64,000 nt of DNA, taken from positions 3,680,001-3,744,000 of the forward strand of contig OY764216.1 in NCBI GenBank assembly GCA_963668315.1, in the 5' to 3' direction. A program made the translations under genes and the position numbers. The notes below the pieces were generated by a model that was not told where the DNA came from, searched no databases, and was given only the letters and a program-made list of their open reading frames with translations. Numbering within the stretch: the first letter of the stretch is position 1; each line of letters begins with the position of its first letter. Origin of the DNA: Spirochaetia bacterium. GTDB lineage: Bacteria > Spirochaetota > Spirochaetia > DSM-2461. Below are positions 11,525 through 22,308 of the stretch, in pieces.

Positions 11525-13316
11525 AGGAACTCCATGCATTGATTCTCCTGGGATCGCCGAAGGGATTATCCTCCGGCAGAGCGGGCAGATCAGCGGCCTG
11601 CCTGACCAGGGGCGGCCAATTGAATAAAGAACTGATGGAAGGCAGCAGGGAAAGACCCGAACCGTAACGGGTCAGCCGGTTGTCATCAAAGACCTTCACC
11701 TGATAATCGGGGCCCAGCTGTGCGGTTTCCGCCGCCCTGTCCAGAACATCGCCGAGGTCGCCGATCCCGTCGACAAGCCCCCTTTCCTTTGCCTGCCGGC
11801 CGGTCCATACCCTTCCGCCGGCAATTTCCTCAAGCCGCGCCAGGGGAATACCGCGTTTCAGGGAAACAAGATTCAAGAACTGGCCGTACACCTGATTAAC
11901 GCCGGCCTGAAGCATTTTATCCGTTTCAGAGGAAGTATCCCTTCCCATACTGTACGTATCGGCCAGAGCCGAGGTGCCGTAACCGTCAACAGTCACACCC
12001 AGATTATCCTTAAGGAAATTCTCGGCGGTAAAGAAATAGGAGAAAACGCCTATGGAACCGGTAAGAGTGGTATTTTCCGCCCATACCTCATCGGCTTCAC
12101 AGGATATCCAGTATCCTCCGCTCGCGGCGTAATTTCCCATGGAAACGAAAAGGGGAATCCCGTAGTCATGGAATTTTTCCAGTTTCCTCCGGATTTCCTC
12201 GGCTCCCATGGCACTCCCGCCGGGCGAATCGATTCTTATGACCAGTGCGGAGATATCGGAATCTTCCAGAATCTGATCCAGAACAAGATTGACCTGGTAA
12301 CTTCCCATCCGCGACCAGTCGCCTTCCCCCCAGAGAATTTCCCCGCTGAGGACAAGAAGACCTATCTTATCCCCCGGCAAAAGTGAATCCCTTCCCTTCT
12401 CCCGGGCCAGATAATCGGTCCAGTAGCTTTGGCTGAAACCGTAACCCGATTCGTCCATTCCCACACGGGATATCATAAGCTGATTGAAATCGTCATAATT
12501 CATGATTTTCCGGGCCAGTCCCTGCTGAACGGCAAGCTTGGCCGAGGAGAGTCCTGAAGAGATCAGCAGGGAACCGTAATTATCGCTGTAATACTGCAGT
12601 TCCCCGGGATCTTTCCCCAGAGAACGGGCCGTTCTTTCCAGCCAGCTCTGCCATAAATCATCCAGATAGGTTCGGAGGGCGCTTTTTTCCCGGTCGGGCA
12701 TCTCCGAGTATAAATAGGGCGTGACATAATCTTTATTCTCACCTGCCCGGTAGATATGAGGAGTGATTCCCCACTTATCCAGCCCTTCCTTCATGTAACT
12801 TCGATAGGAACCGTAGCCCCGGATAAATACATCTCCCATGGGGTCCAGAACGGTTTCATCCGCGGAAGAGGCCAGGTAGAGCCCGCTCTGCTCCAGAAAG
12901 GGAGCGTATGCATAGAGAGGCTTCCCAGACTCCTTAAACTTATCCAGTGTATTCTTAAAACTTTCCAGTACGGCGGGACCGGCACCGGCGAAACCGGAAA
13001 GGTCAAGCAGAACGGATACAATTCTCTCATCGGAAGCCGATCTTTCCAGAACCCAGGAGAGATCGGAAAGCAGGGTTTCCCCGGGAGGATCGCCCCGATA
13101 ACCGTCGAGCTGCCGCTGATAGGGGGAACTGGAATACTCCTCCACAATATAGCCGGAGGGAGCCACGACCAGCACCTCCCCCTCTCTCACCTTGGGGGTT
13201 CCGTCGTAAAAAATCCCCACAAGGACCAATACAACAATGATCCAGAATAGAATAGAGAAAAAGACTTTCTGTATGAGGGAGAAAGTCCGAAAGAGTTTTC
13301 TGAAAAACTTACCCAT
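11508..13316 (-). CDS. sppA: Signal peptide peptidase SppA (protease IV, long form)
   Basis: RIDSPGGS, SMGNYAASGGYW, TGSIGV, IAGGRVWTG..A...GLVD; 602 aa tandem-domain form. Confidence 0.96.
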   Translation of the reverse strand: MGKFFRKLFRTFSLIQKVFFSILFWIIVVLVLVGIFYDGTPKVREGEVLVVAPSGYIVEEYSSSPYQRQLDGYRGDPPGETLLSDLSWVLERSASDERIVSVLLDLSGFAGAGPAVLESFKNTLDKFKESGKPLYAYAPFLEQSGLYLASSADETVLDPMGDVFIRGYGSYRSYMKEGLDKWGITPHIYRAGENKDYVTPYLYSEMPDREKSALRTYLDDLWQSWLERTARSLGKDPGELQYYSDNYGSLLISSGLSSAKLAVQQGLARKIMNYDDFNQLMISRVGMDESGYGFSQSYWTDYLAREKGRDSLLPGDKIGLLVLSGEILWGEGDWSRMGSYQVNLVLDQILEDSDISALVIRIDSPGGSAMGAEEIRRKLEKFHDYGIPLFVSMGNYAASGGYWISCEADEVWAENTTLTGSIGVFSYFFTAENFLKDNLGVTVDGYGTSALADTYSMGRDTSSETDKMLQAGVNQVYGQFLNLVSLKRGIPLARLEEIAGGRVWTGRQAKERGLVDGIGDLGDVLDRAAETAQLGPDYQVKVFDDNRLTRYGSGLSLLPSISSLFNWPPLVRQAADLPALPEDNPFGDPRRINAWSSYETLQ

Positions 13317-13410
13317 GCTGCCAACCTCTTTATCGGGGATCTGTTAACTCAGACAATCGGTTTCCATCAGCTCAGGAAACGAAAGCGTCATCACCTGAAA
13401 TCACATTATC

Positions 13411-13439
13411 AGGATACCACATATCACCGGGGAAGCCAA
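13411..13439 (-). promoter_or_regulatory. Putative sigma70 promoter for sppA-htrA-uvrB-SH3-hrpA
   Basis: TTGGCT-N17-TATCCT with an extended -10 TG. Confidence 0.5.
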
Positions 13440-13529
13440 CAGCAATGACCTTCTTTAGGCAAGGCTGAAGCGGTAACACCGCGGATTATCTGCAGGCTCT
13501 TCAGGACGGATGGGCCGACCTCAGAAAAC

Positions 13530-14273
13530 TTACCTGATCAGTTCAATCATATGCCCTGCGAAAACATCAAGATCTTCATGAATGACATAGTCAAATGCCG
13601 AATCATAATCCGTCGGGTCCCTATTGACGATGATGGAAGGTGAGTTTGCGGCGATACGGAGCGCCAGATCCGCCGCCGGATGGACACTGAGGGAAGTCCC
13701 CAGAACCAGAAGCAGGTCGGTACCCGGAGGATTTTCCCATAATCGGTAAAATTCGGGGGGCAGGGATTCTCCGAAAAATACGATATCCGGTTTGATAACC
13801 CCGCCGCATTCGCAGTAAGCCACCTCTCCTCTTGTCAGCGCATCCTCATAGGAAGAATACTCGAAAGCCTTTCCGCACTTCCGGCAATGCCCCGTATCAT
13901 AGGTGCCGTGGCACTGGAAGACCCTCCTGGAACCGGCGCGCCGATGGAGCCGGTCAATATTCTGGGTGATGATCCGCTCCAGCTTTTCCTCTTGTTCCAG
14001 GGATGCCAGGAATTTATGGCAAAGGGTCGGCTCTGCCTCATCGGCAGCCAGCTCCCGGGAGAAATCAAAAAAAGGCAGGGGATTCTCGCCGAAATAATTC
14101 AAATCGAAAAGAGCTTCCCCGTAGGGAAGATGATATTTGGCAAGTACCGTTTCGTATAATCCGCCCTTCCCTCTGAAATCGGGAATACCGCTGTTTGTGC
14201 TTATCCCCGCTCCGGTAAAGGCGATGATATTTTTCTTACTGCTTATAATCCGGGCTATTTCTGACCATTCCAT
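13530..14273 (-). CDS. Sir2-family NAD-dependent protein deacylase
   Basis: TGAGIS..SGIPDFRG, TQNID.LH, CHG, CxxC...CxC zinc site, KPDIVFFGE, GTSL; start taken at MEWSEI. Confidence 0.95.
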   Translation of the reverse strand: MEWSEIARIISSKKNIIAFTGAGISTNSGIPDFRGKGGLYETVLAKYHLPYGEALFDLNYFGENPLPFFDFSRELAADEAEPTLCHKFLASLEQEEKLERIITQNIDRLHRRAGSRRVFQCHGTYDTGHCRKCGKAFEYSSYEDALTRGEVAYCECGGVIKPDIVFFGESLPPEFYRLWENPPGTDLLLVLGTSLSVHPAADLALRIAANSPSIIVNRDPTDYDSAFDYVIHEDLDVFAGHMIELIR

Positions 14274-14324
14274 ATGCCTAAAGGATACCACGTCCCTTCT
14301 TTTAAGTCGACATATTTACAAGTC

Positions 14325-14370
14325 TTGACAGGAAACTTATCCTAAAATATTATATGCATATGCACATATA
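14325..14370 (+). promoter_or_regulatory. sigma70 promoter with overlapping dyad operator
   Basis: TTGACA(14325)-N17-TATTAT(14348); TATATG-N8-CATATA dyad at 14351-14370, followed by SD AGGAGG. Confidence 0.65.
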
Positions 14371-14384
14371 AGGAGGTAATTCAT

Positions 14385-14762
14385 ATGAGCAGAATATCGG
14401 ATTCAGTCAAAGAAGCATGGTCGAATAGGAAAGGTCCCGTTATATTGACCACCGCCAACGACAAGGGTGAGCCCAACGCGATCTATGCGACCTGCACGGC
14501 TTTGTATGGAGATGAATATGTTGTTGTCGCGGATAATTATTTTTCTAAGACACGCGCCAATATTCTCTCCGGCAGTAAAGGCTGCGTACTTTTCATTACG
14601 AATGAGAATAAAGCCTTTCAGCTGAAAGGTTCGATTGAGTATCATAGGGAAGGCACCCTTTATGATGACATGAAAAACTGGAATCCCAAGCAGCACCCCG
14701 GTCATGCTGCCGCGGCTCTCAAGGTTGAAGAAATTTATTCGGGAGCCGAAAAACTCCTGTAA
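14385..14762 (+). CDS. Pyridoxamine 5'-phosphate oxidase-family (FMN-binding split-barrel) protein
   Basis: VILTTAN.KGEPN, VADNYFSKTRANI, FQLKG, VEEIYS. Confidence 0.88.
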   Translation: MSRISDSVKEAWSNRKGPVILTTANDKGEPNAIYATCTALYGDEYVVVADNYFSKTRANILSGSKGCVLFITNENKAFQLKGSIEYHREGTLYDDMKNWNPKQHPGHAAAALKVEEIYSGAEKLL

Positions 14763-14778
14763 AACAATAGGCAGGGAC

Positions 14779-14814
14779 AAAAAAAAACCGGAGAAAAGCT
14801 CTCCGGTTTTTTTT
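14779..14814. terminator. Bidirectional intrinsic terminator
   Basis: A9-CCGGAGA-AAAGC-TCTCCGG-T8 between convergent genes. Confidence 0.92.
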
Positions 14815-14831
14815 AGCCGTTCAGGCTGGGC

Positions 14832-16511
<1,680 letters not shown>

Positions 16512-16590
16512 TTAGTCAGAGTTAAAATACTAATTTATTATGCTTTCATCAAGATTTTTTTTTACTTTTTTTGATCATCGGGGGGACCGC

Positions 16591-16887
16591 TCAGTCCGAA
16601 TCGCCGCCTTTAAGATCTATCATCCTCTTAAAGGGAGAATTATCCTTTTTAAGTTCCTTTGATCCCCTGGTGATCTTACACAGGCTCAAACCCAGTTCAT
16701 TGGAGATTTTCCGCTGAGAAACACCCTGATCAATAAGCTTAACAAGAGCCCAGCGGGAGGCGACCTCCTGAAGCTCGTTCTGCGTAAGAAGGCAGGGAAG
16801 AAACTCCTCTATGAGGTCGGGATCATCGGTACGGGCCAGATGTTCACTCATTTCCCTTATATAGGCTTTCACTTCGTTACTGTCCAT
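16591..16887 (-). CDS. Trp repressor-like (YerC/YecD) protein
   Basis: LLT.NE...ASRW......QG.SQRKIS.ELG.S...ITRGSKELK; start taken at MDSNEV. Confidence 0.88.
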   Translation of the reverse strand: MDSNEVKAYIREMSEHLARTDDPDLIEEFLPCLLTQNELQEVASRWALVKLIDQGVSQRKISNELGLSLCKITRGSKELKKDNSPFKRMIDLKGGDSD

Positions 16888-16919
16888 AAGAACATAATAG
16901 GACACCTTTCCTCCGGTTG

Positions 16920-17633
16920 TCAAGTTTGGATCTGCACCAGATACTTCTCAAGCTCGGAGAAACGGGAAATCCGCAGGCAGGGAGCCCTATCAAACAGCCC
17001 TTGCGGATCGTAGAGAAAAGCCCCCATACCCAGGGCCAGAGGAGTCTCCACGTCGGCGCGGAAACTGTCGCCGACCATAAGAATCTCATTAACACCGAAC
17101 CCGGATATTTCGGCGGCTAGAAGGAAAATCTCCCTCTTCGGCTTCCTCATTCCCACATCATAACTGTAAAGACGATGGGTAAAATCATTCAGCAGGCCCA
17201 GCTGATTCAAGGTTTTGTCGTGACAGGAGCCCGATATGGGCGTATTGGATATAATCCCCGCCGGAATTCGCCGTTTCCTCAACTCGCCGAGAAAAGGCAG
17301 GATATCCCCCTTCGCCCGGGCAAAACGGCGGAAAGGCTCATGGTAAAGGTCTATCAGATGAGGATAATCAAGCCCTTTCATTCCGACCGCGGAGTATAGA
17401 TACTCCTCCGCCTTCAGTTCCCTATCCGAAAAAAAAGCGTTTTTCACAACATCCCTTGTCCAGGGTTTCAGAAAAGAGGATTCCAGTTTTGCCAGGGAAA
17501 CCGTCATTCCCCATTTTTCCAGCTGAGCTCTTATCTGCCCCAGGCCCAGGCACTCTTTTTCCTGTTCTGTCACCGGTCCGGAGCGATAATCGAGAACCGT
17601 ATTTCCCAGATCGAAGTAGACAAACCGGATCAT
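16920..17633 (-). CDS. HAD-family hydrolase
   Basis: FDLGNTV, IISN, KPKREIF, MVGDS..AD; start taken at MIRFVYFD. Confidence 0.9.
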   Translation of the reverse strand: MIRFVYFDLGNTVLDYRSGPVTEQEKECLGLGQIRAQLEKWGMTVSLAKLESSFLKPWTRDVVKNAFFSDRELKAEEYLYSAVGMKGLDYPHLIDLYHEPFRRFARAKGDILPFLGELRKRRIPAGIISNTPISGSCHDKTLNQLGLLNDFTHRLYSYDVGMRKPKREIFLLAAEISGFGVNEILMVGDSFRADVETPLALGMGAFLYDPQGLFDRAPCLRISRFSELEKYLVQIQT

Positions 17634-17650
17634 AGTGTTCCGCCGGGAAT

Positions 17651-19507
17651 TCAGCGCCTCCTTTCCGCGAGAAGGATAAGCCCTCTCAAATCCTCCTCCT
17701 TCTCGGCGCTTTCCCACTTTTCCACGAAATCCTGACTCTGGACAATCTGGGCGATGGCCATGAGGGCCTGGAGGTGAAAATTACGCTCCCCCTTCCCTCC
17801 CGCCAGAGCAAAGACGATACGGATATTGTCCATCTCATCGGTAAAGCTTACGCCCTCCTTCAATCGCACGACAACGATATCAAAGCCTATCTCTTCGTCC
17901 AGAACGATATGGGGGATAGCCAGATCCTTGCTGATGGCCGTGGTGGAATCGGCCTCCCTTTCCACCAGTTTACGGAGAACCTTTTCCATGGGGATATCAA
18001 GACGCAGAGAGAGGGCCTGAGCGATTTTCTCGCTTAACTCATCCCGGGAGATCTCTCTTTTTATATCCAGGATAATGGCATTGCGTATCAGGCTGTCGAA
18101 CCGGTCATCCTTTATATTGTCCCGCTCCCTCAGGATAGCGGTCAGTTCATTATGAAGCGAGCCGGTCCGCACATCGTTGGATACGACCCGCTCGACAATC
18201 CTGATCAGGGCCGATTCAGCCTTGGGCTTATCCTTTCTGTATAGGGCATACCACACGGTGGAAAGGACAAAGAAGAAAAGGGCCAGCAGCAGGGGAAGAT
18301 TGCCCATCTCAAATATCAGGATTACGGAAAAGACGATACCCAGAATGGGAAAAAAGGGATAAAAGGGAGCCTTGAAAAGGGGCCTGTAGGAAACGATGCG
18401 GCTTTCCCGCATAAGAATGACGGACAGGTTTACCAGCAGAAAAAGAATCAGCATCATCGTGGAAGCCGTTTTCACCAGATTTTCCAGATTCAGCCCCAGA
18501 ATAACCAGAGCCATAAAAACACCGGTAAGGACAACGGACAGCCAGGGGATGCCCTTCTTCTTCGTCTTTTTCCGGAAAAAATCCGGCAGAAGACCGTCGG
18601 CCGCCATGGCCACGGGCAGCCGGGAAGCGGACATCAGAGACGCGTTGGCCGTTGTGGCAAAGGAGAATATCGCCGCCAGAGAGAGCAGGATCAACCCCAA
18701 ACTCCCGGAAACTTTCCCGGCTCCTACCGATAAGGGGGTCAGGCTCGAGATCATCTCCGCCGGACTCAGCAGCCCCAGGGTCAGAGATATGGTAGACAGA
18801 TAAATAAGATTGACCACCACATAGCTCAGGAACATCCCGCGGGGAAGAATCTTTCCCGCCTCCTTGACCTCACCGGCCAGGGAAGCCACTTTGGTCAACC
18901 CACCATAGGAGATAAATACCGTGCCCGCAATTCCAACCACGACTTCAAAGGGCGTATCCAGCATGGAGGACAGACGGGTTACATCCGCCCGGGGCCATCC
19001 GGTGACATTATAATAGATCAGAATAGCCAGAAGGACAAACACCATCAAATCCTGGACATGGCCCGAACTTTCCACGCTCACCAGATTCAGAACCGTAAAA
19101 ACAACGATAAACAGAAGGGCTATCAGCTTAATCTGAAACATGGAGATATCCTGATAGATCAGCTGCATGAAGGCTCCGATCCCGATCAGGGCGAAAGCCC
19201 CCTTGAGGGCGATGGAGAACCAGTTGGCAAATCCGGCGAAATTCCCCAGCATGGGCCCCAGGCTGCGGTAAATATAGAAATAGGTCCCCCCCGAACGGGG
19301 CATGGCCGTGGCCAGTTCAGCCTGGGAAAACAGAGCGGGGATCATCATCAGTCCCGCCAGAAAATAGGCCGGGATAATCCCCGTACCGGCCTTGGTATAA
19401 ACAACAGCAGGCAATACAAAAAGCCCGGAGCTGATCATAGCTCCCGAAGCAATACAGAAAACCTCCAAGAGTCCAAGACTTTTATTTGTATTTTTTATTT
19501 TTTCCAT
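17651..19507 (-). CDS. APC-family amino acid permease fused to a C-terminal PTS EIIA (Fru/Ntr-type) domain
   Basis: About 12 hydrophobic segments with GAMISSGLF and ELATAMPRSGG.Y; C-terminal ERE..STT.I...LAIPH...HLQAL. Confidence 0.9.
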   Translation of the reverse strand: MEKIKNTNKSLGLLEVFCIASGAMISSGLFVLPAVVYTKAGTGIIPAYFLAGLMMIPALFSQAELATAMPRSGGTYFYIYRSLGPMLGNFAGFANWFSIALKGAFALIGIGAFMQLIYQDISMFQIKLIALLFIVVFTVLNLVSVESSGHVQDLMVFVLLAILIYYNVTGWPRADVTRLSSMLDTPFEVVVGIAGTVFISYGGLTKVASLAGEVKEAGKILPRGMFLSYVVVNLIYLSTISLTLGLLSPAEMISSLTPLSVGAGKVSGSLGLILLSLAAIFSFATTANASLMSASRLPVAMAADGLLPDFFRKKTKKKGIPWLSVVLTGVFMALVILGLNLENLVKTASTMMLILFLLVNLSVILMRESRIVSYRPLFKAPFYPFFPILGIVFSVILIFEMGNLPLLLALFFFVLSTVWYALYRKDKPKAESALIRIVERVVSNDVRTGSLHNELTAILRERDNIKDDRFDSLIRNAIILDIKREISRDELSEKIAQALSLRLDIPMEKVLRKLVEREADSTTAISKDLAIPHIVLDEEIGFDIVVVRLKEGVSFTDEMDNIRIVFALAGGKGERNFHLQALMAIAQIVQSQDFVEKWESAEKEEDLRGLILLAERRR

Positions 19508-19614
19508 ACTCCCATTATATTCTGTTTATGGAAAAAAGCTAAAGAAAATTTTCAGGAGACCCGAAATAGATAATGAACTTGATTAGTTGTTACCCCTCCC
19601 AATAAACAACAATC

Positions 19615-19650
19615 AAAAAAAGGGCTGCCCTTCGGGACAGCCCTTTTTTT
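19615..19650. terminator. Intrinsic terminator downstream of the sigma factor gene
   Basis: A7-GGGCTG-CCC-TTCG-GGA-CAGCCC-T7. Confidence 0.9.
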
Positions 19651-19663
19651 ACCCCCTGACTCA

Positions 19664-20509
19664 TCAGGCGACGTATGCTTCCAGTTTCTGCATTCTGCCG
19701 GGATGTTTCAGCCGGGCCAGAGCTTTCTGTTCAATCTGACGTATTCTCTCTTTCGTCAGGTCATATATATCGCCTATCTCTTTGAGGGACATGGGCTTTT
19801 TGTCATTCAGGCCATAGCGGTACTGGAGGACCTGGGCTTCCTTGGGAGGCAGATCACTCAGAATCCTGTTAATATCCTCTCGGAGGGAGAGATTCATGAC
19901 CTGCTCTTCCGGTGCGGTATAACCTTCATCTTCTATGAAATCTCCCAGCACGGAAGAATCTTTCTGGTAGAAGACGGGTGTCTCAAGAGAAACATGCTCC
20001 CTCGAAAGGCTCATCAGCTCTTCCACATCCCTGGGATCAAGATCAAGCTCTTTCGCGATTTCAGCGATCTCCGGCTCTTCCCCGTTGGCGCTTGTCAGCT
20101 GTTTGCGGGTTTTTTCGATCTGCACAAGTTCATTGGCCCTGTTCATGGGCAGCCTGATCATCCTGGATTTTTCGCAGATAGCCTTGAGGATGGCCTGTCT
20201 TATCCACCAGACGGCATAGGAAATAAAATGGTAGCCCCTTTCGGGATCGTACTTCTCAATAGCATTGATCAGTCCCAGATTTCCTTCTCCGATCAGGTCT
20301 TCCAGAGTCATTCCCTGATTCTGGTATTTCTTGGCCACATTCACTACGAAGCGAAGGTTGGCGTTTATTAATATTTCTTTTGCCATGGGATCACCTTTGA
20401 CGGCTTTCCTGGCGATTTCATCTTCCTCTTCTCTGGAAAGAAGTTTGATTTTGTTTATCTCTTTTAAGTAAGTAGATAAGGCGGATTCTTCATTATAGTA
20501 AGTACTCAT
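19664..20509 (-). CDS. Short sigma70-family RNA polymerase sigma factor (group 2/RpoS-like, no region 1.1)
   Basis: 281 aa; YLKEI (1.2), ANLRFVVNVAKKY, DLIGEGNLGL, SYAVWWIRQAI (2.4), TKERIRQIE (4.2). Confidence 0.93.
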   Translation of the reverse strand: MSTYYNEESALSTYLKEINKIKLLSREEEDEIARKAVKGDPMAKEILINANLRFVVNVAKKYQNQGMTLEDLIGEGNLGLINAIEKYDPERGYHFISYAVWWIRQAILKAICEKSRMIRLPMNRANELVQIEKTRKQLTSANGEEPEIAEIAKELDLDPRDVEELMSLSREHVSLETPVFYQKDSSVLGDFIEDEGYTAPEEQVMNLSLREDINRILSDLPPKEAQVLQYRYGLNDKKPMSLKEIGDIYDLTKERIRQIEQKALARLKHPGRMQKLEAYVA

Positions 20510-20557
20510 CTCTTATCCTCCCGTCAATAAGTTTGACTTTCGTATACACCAGATATA

Positions 20558-20572
20558 GCAACAAGCGTGCCA
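20558..20572 (-). promoter_or_regulatory. sigma54 (RpoN) -24/-12 promoter
   Basis: Minus strand reads TGGCAC-GCTTG-TTGC, matching TGGCAC-N5-TTGC, about 50 nt upstream of the sigma-factor ATG and correctly oriented. Confidence 0.85.
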
Positions 20573-20679
20573 AATCCCGCCAATAAATACTAACTAGTTA
20601 TATTTAAACAAATTAAGCAGAACAACCCTTTATAGACCGTTTTTTTCAGGATATTTTCGAATGCTCCGGAGAGGTTATA

Positions 20680-20736
20680 TGGGTCAAAAAGGCCCAAAGC
20701 TCAATAATCCCGACAGGGGTGAGTCAAAAAGACACG
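20680..20736. promoter_or_regulatory. Two putative enhancer (UAS) dyads
   Basis: TGGGTC-AAAAA-GGCCCA 20680-20696 and TGAGTC-AAAAA-GACACG 20720-20736, 40 bp apart. Confidence 0.5.
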
Positions 20737-20813
20737 AGTGGGTCCGTTGCGAAGGAATCCTGTCCGCCAAGCGTCCCTATTTGATCTATTTTCCCTATTT
20801 TTTTAACTTTTTG

Positions 20814-20842
20814 TTGACCCTGATTTATGATTTTCGTATATT
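20814..20842 (+). promoter_or_regulatory. sigma70 promoter of groES
   Basis: TTGACC-N17-TATATT. Confidence 0.65.
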
Positions 20843-20880
20843 AATGATGAAATTTTTAATTCAAATATGTGAGGATAGAT

Positions 20881-21147
20881 ATGACTGTTAAACCATTGGG
20901 AGACAGAGTACTGATTAAAATTGAAGAGGCTGAGACAAAAACGGCTTCCGGTCTTTATATTCCCGATACGGCTCAGGAGAAAACTCAGACGGGTATTGTA
21001 ACAGCGCTGGGTGACGACAAAGACGTTATCACGGTGAAAGAAGGCCAGAAGGTTATGTATGACAAATACGCAGGGACTTCCGTAAAAATCGACAGTACCG
21101 AGTATCTTCTCGTCAAGATGCAGGATATCATTGCTATTGTAGAGTAG
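20881..21147 (+). CDS. groES: Co-chaperonin GroES
   Basis: KPLGDRVL, TASGLYIPDTAQEK, YDKYAGT, DIIAIV; SD GAGGA before the ATG at 20881. Confidence 0.98.
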   Translation: MTVKPLGDRVLIKIEEAETKTASGLYIPDTAQEKTQTGIVTALGDDKDVITVKEGQKVMYDKYAGTSVKIDSTEYLLVKMQDIIAIVE

Positions 21148-21166
21148 TAAAACCTCATCTTTCATA

Positions 21167-21203
21167 AGAGGGGCTGTTCCTTTACCCGGGGCAGCCCCTT
21201 TCT
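21167..21203 (+). terminator. Intrinsic terminator after groES
   Basis: AGGGGCTGTTCC-loop-GGGGCAGCCCCT followed by TTCT. Confidence 0.7.
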
Positions 21204-21240
21204 ATTGTCACGACCGTGACCCTGTGTTATAATCCTTCCC

Positions 21241-22287
21241 ATGAAAATAAAAGGCGGATTATTCCTGATATCTGCAGCAGCGATTGCGTTTTTTATCTCC
21301 TGCGGCACTTCACAGAGGGATTACGTATCCTTGTACGGACTGAAGAATGATAACCGGTCCATGAATATACTCCTGGACAGCATGTTCCACACAGAGGATG
21401 CGGACCGGCGTTTTGCCCTGTGTGACCAGGCAATAAGAAATCTGCAGCAGACCGCTCAGGGCGCTAAACTGATTCTGATTCTGCAGGATTACCTGGATAT
21501 TTATCCCGACGATCCTTATAAGGCCTATTACTACTCCGTCATTGCCGATTATTACCGGGAAAATGATGCCGTCCCCCTGGCAAAGGATTATTATAAAAGG
21601 ATTCTGTACAATACACAGGACCTTATACTGGGAGGAAAGTCCATCCATCTGCTGATTCTCAAGGACTGGCTGTCGGTTCATGAGACCATCGATGAGCGCA
21701 TCACCATCTACAATATGCTCATCGACAATTTCCCCGAACAGGTAAACCTGGGAGAGTGCTATTACTATCTGGCGAAAGCCTATGAAAACAGGGGCGATTT
21801 TGACGATTCCCTCGCCTACTACAATAAATATCTGAATAATCCCGATCATGAGATCCCCGGAGTGGTGGATGCCTATGAAGAGGTGCTGGCTCTTGTCAAC
21901 TTTCATAACTCCGATAAGTCCTGGACCTTCGAGACCCTGGACGATCTTGTAAACGCCGTCAAATACGCTATCGGCAGCCGGAGGATTTACCTTCTGGACC
22001 GCTATCAGTCGGATAATTTTTTCATTCTGAGCTGGAGCCAGAAGATGATGAATCTTGATGAGGATGTCACAATCGGAGACCTTACGAGCTACCAGTACAC
22101 CCGCATCTATTACAGCCCCACCCTGGAAAGTTTTTCCAATGAAAAAGAAGCCTATTTAAAGACATGGGGTTGGTCCTACCGGGTCAAACCCTGGTATCTC
22201 TATTTCAAACAGGTGAACTATCCGCAGGATCCCGAAATAAACGGACGCTGGGAATGGGTGGGTATTTACATGGGCCAGCCCCTCTAA
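21241..22287 (+). CDS. TPR-repeat lipoprotein
   Basis: Lipobox FFISC; TPR-like YYYLAKAYENRGDFDDSLAYYNKYL. Confidence 0.8.
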   Translation: MKIKGGLFLISAAAIAFFISCGTSQRDYVSLYGLKNDNRSMNILLDSMFHTEDADRRFALCDQAIRNLQQTAQGAKLILILQDYLDIYPDDPYKAYYYSVIADYYRENDAVPLAKDYYKRILYNTQDLILGGKSIHLLILKDWLSVHETIDERITIYNMLIDNFPEQVNLGECYYYLAKAYENRGDFDDSLAYYNKYLNNPDHEIPGVVDAYEEVLALVNFHNSDKSWTFETLDDLVNAVKYAIGSRRIYLLDRYQSDNFFILSWSQKMMNLDEDVTIGDLTSYQYTRIYYSPTLESFSNEKEAYLKTWGWSYRVKPWYLYFKQVNYPQDPEINGRWEWVGIYMGQPL

Positions 22288-22308
22288 TAGGAAAAAAGGA
22301 GAATATTC

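Noticed and set aside
13360..13400. GGTGATG...GCTGATG resembling a fluoride riboswitch, or CTGATG/GAAA resembling a hammerhead
   Set aside because: The required pairings and conserved core nucleotides are not satisfied, and the downstream gene is not fluoride-related.
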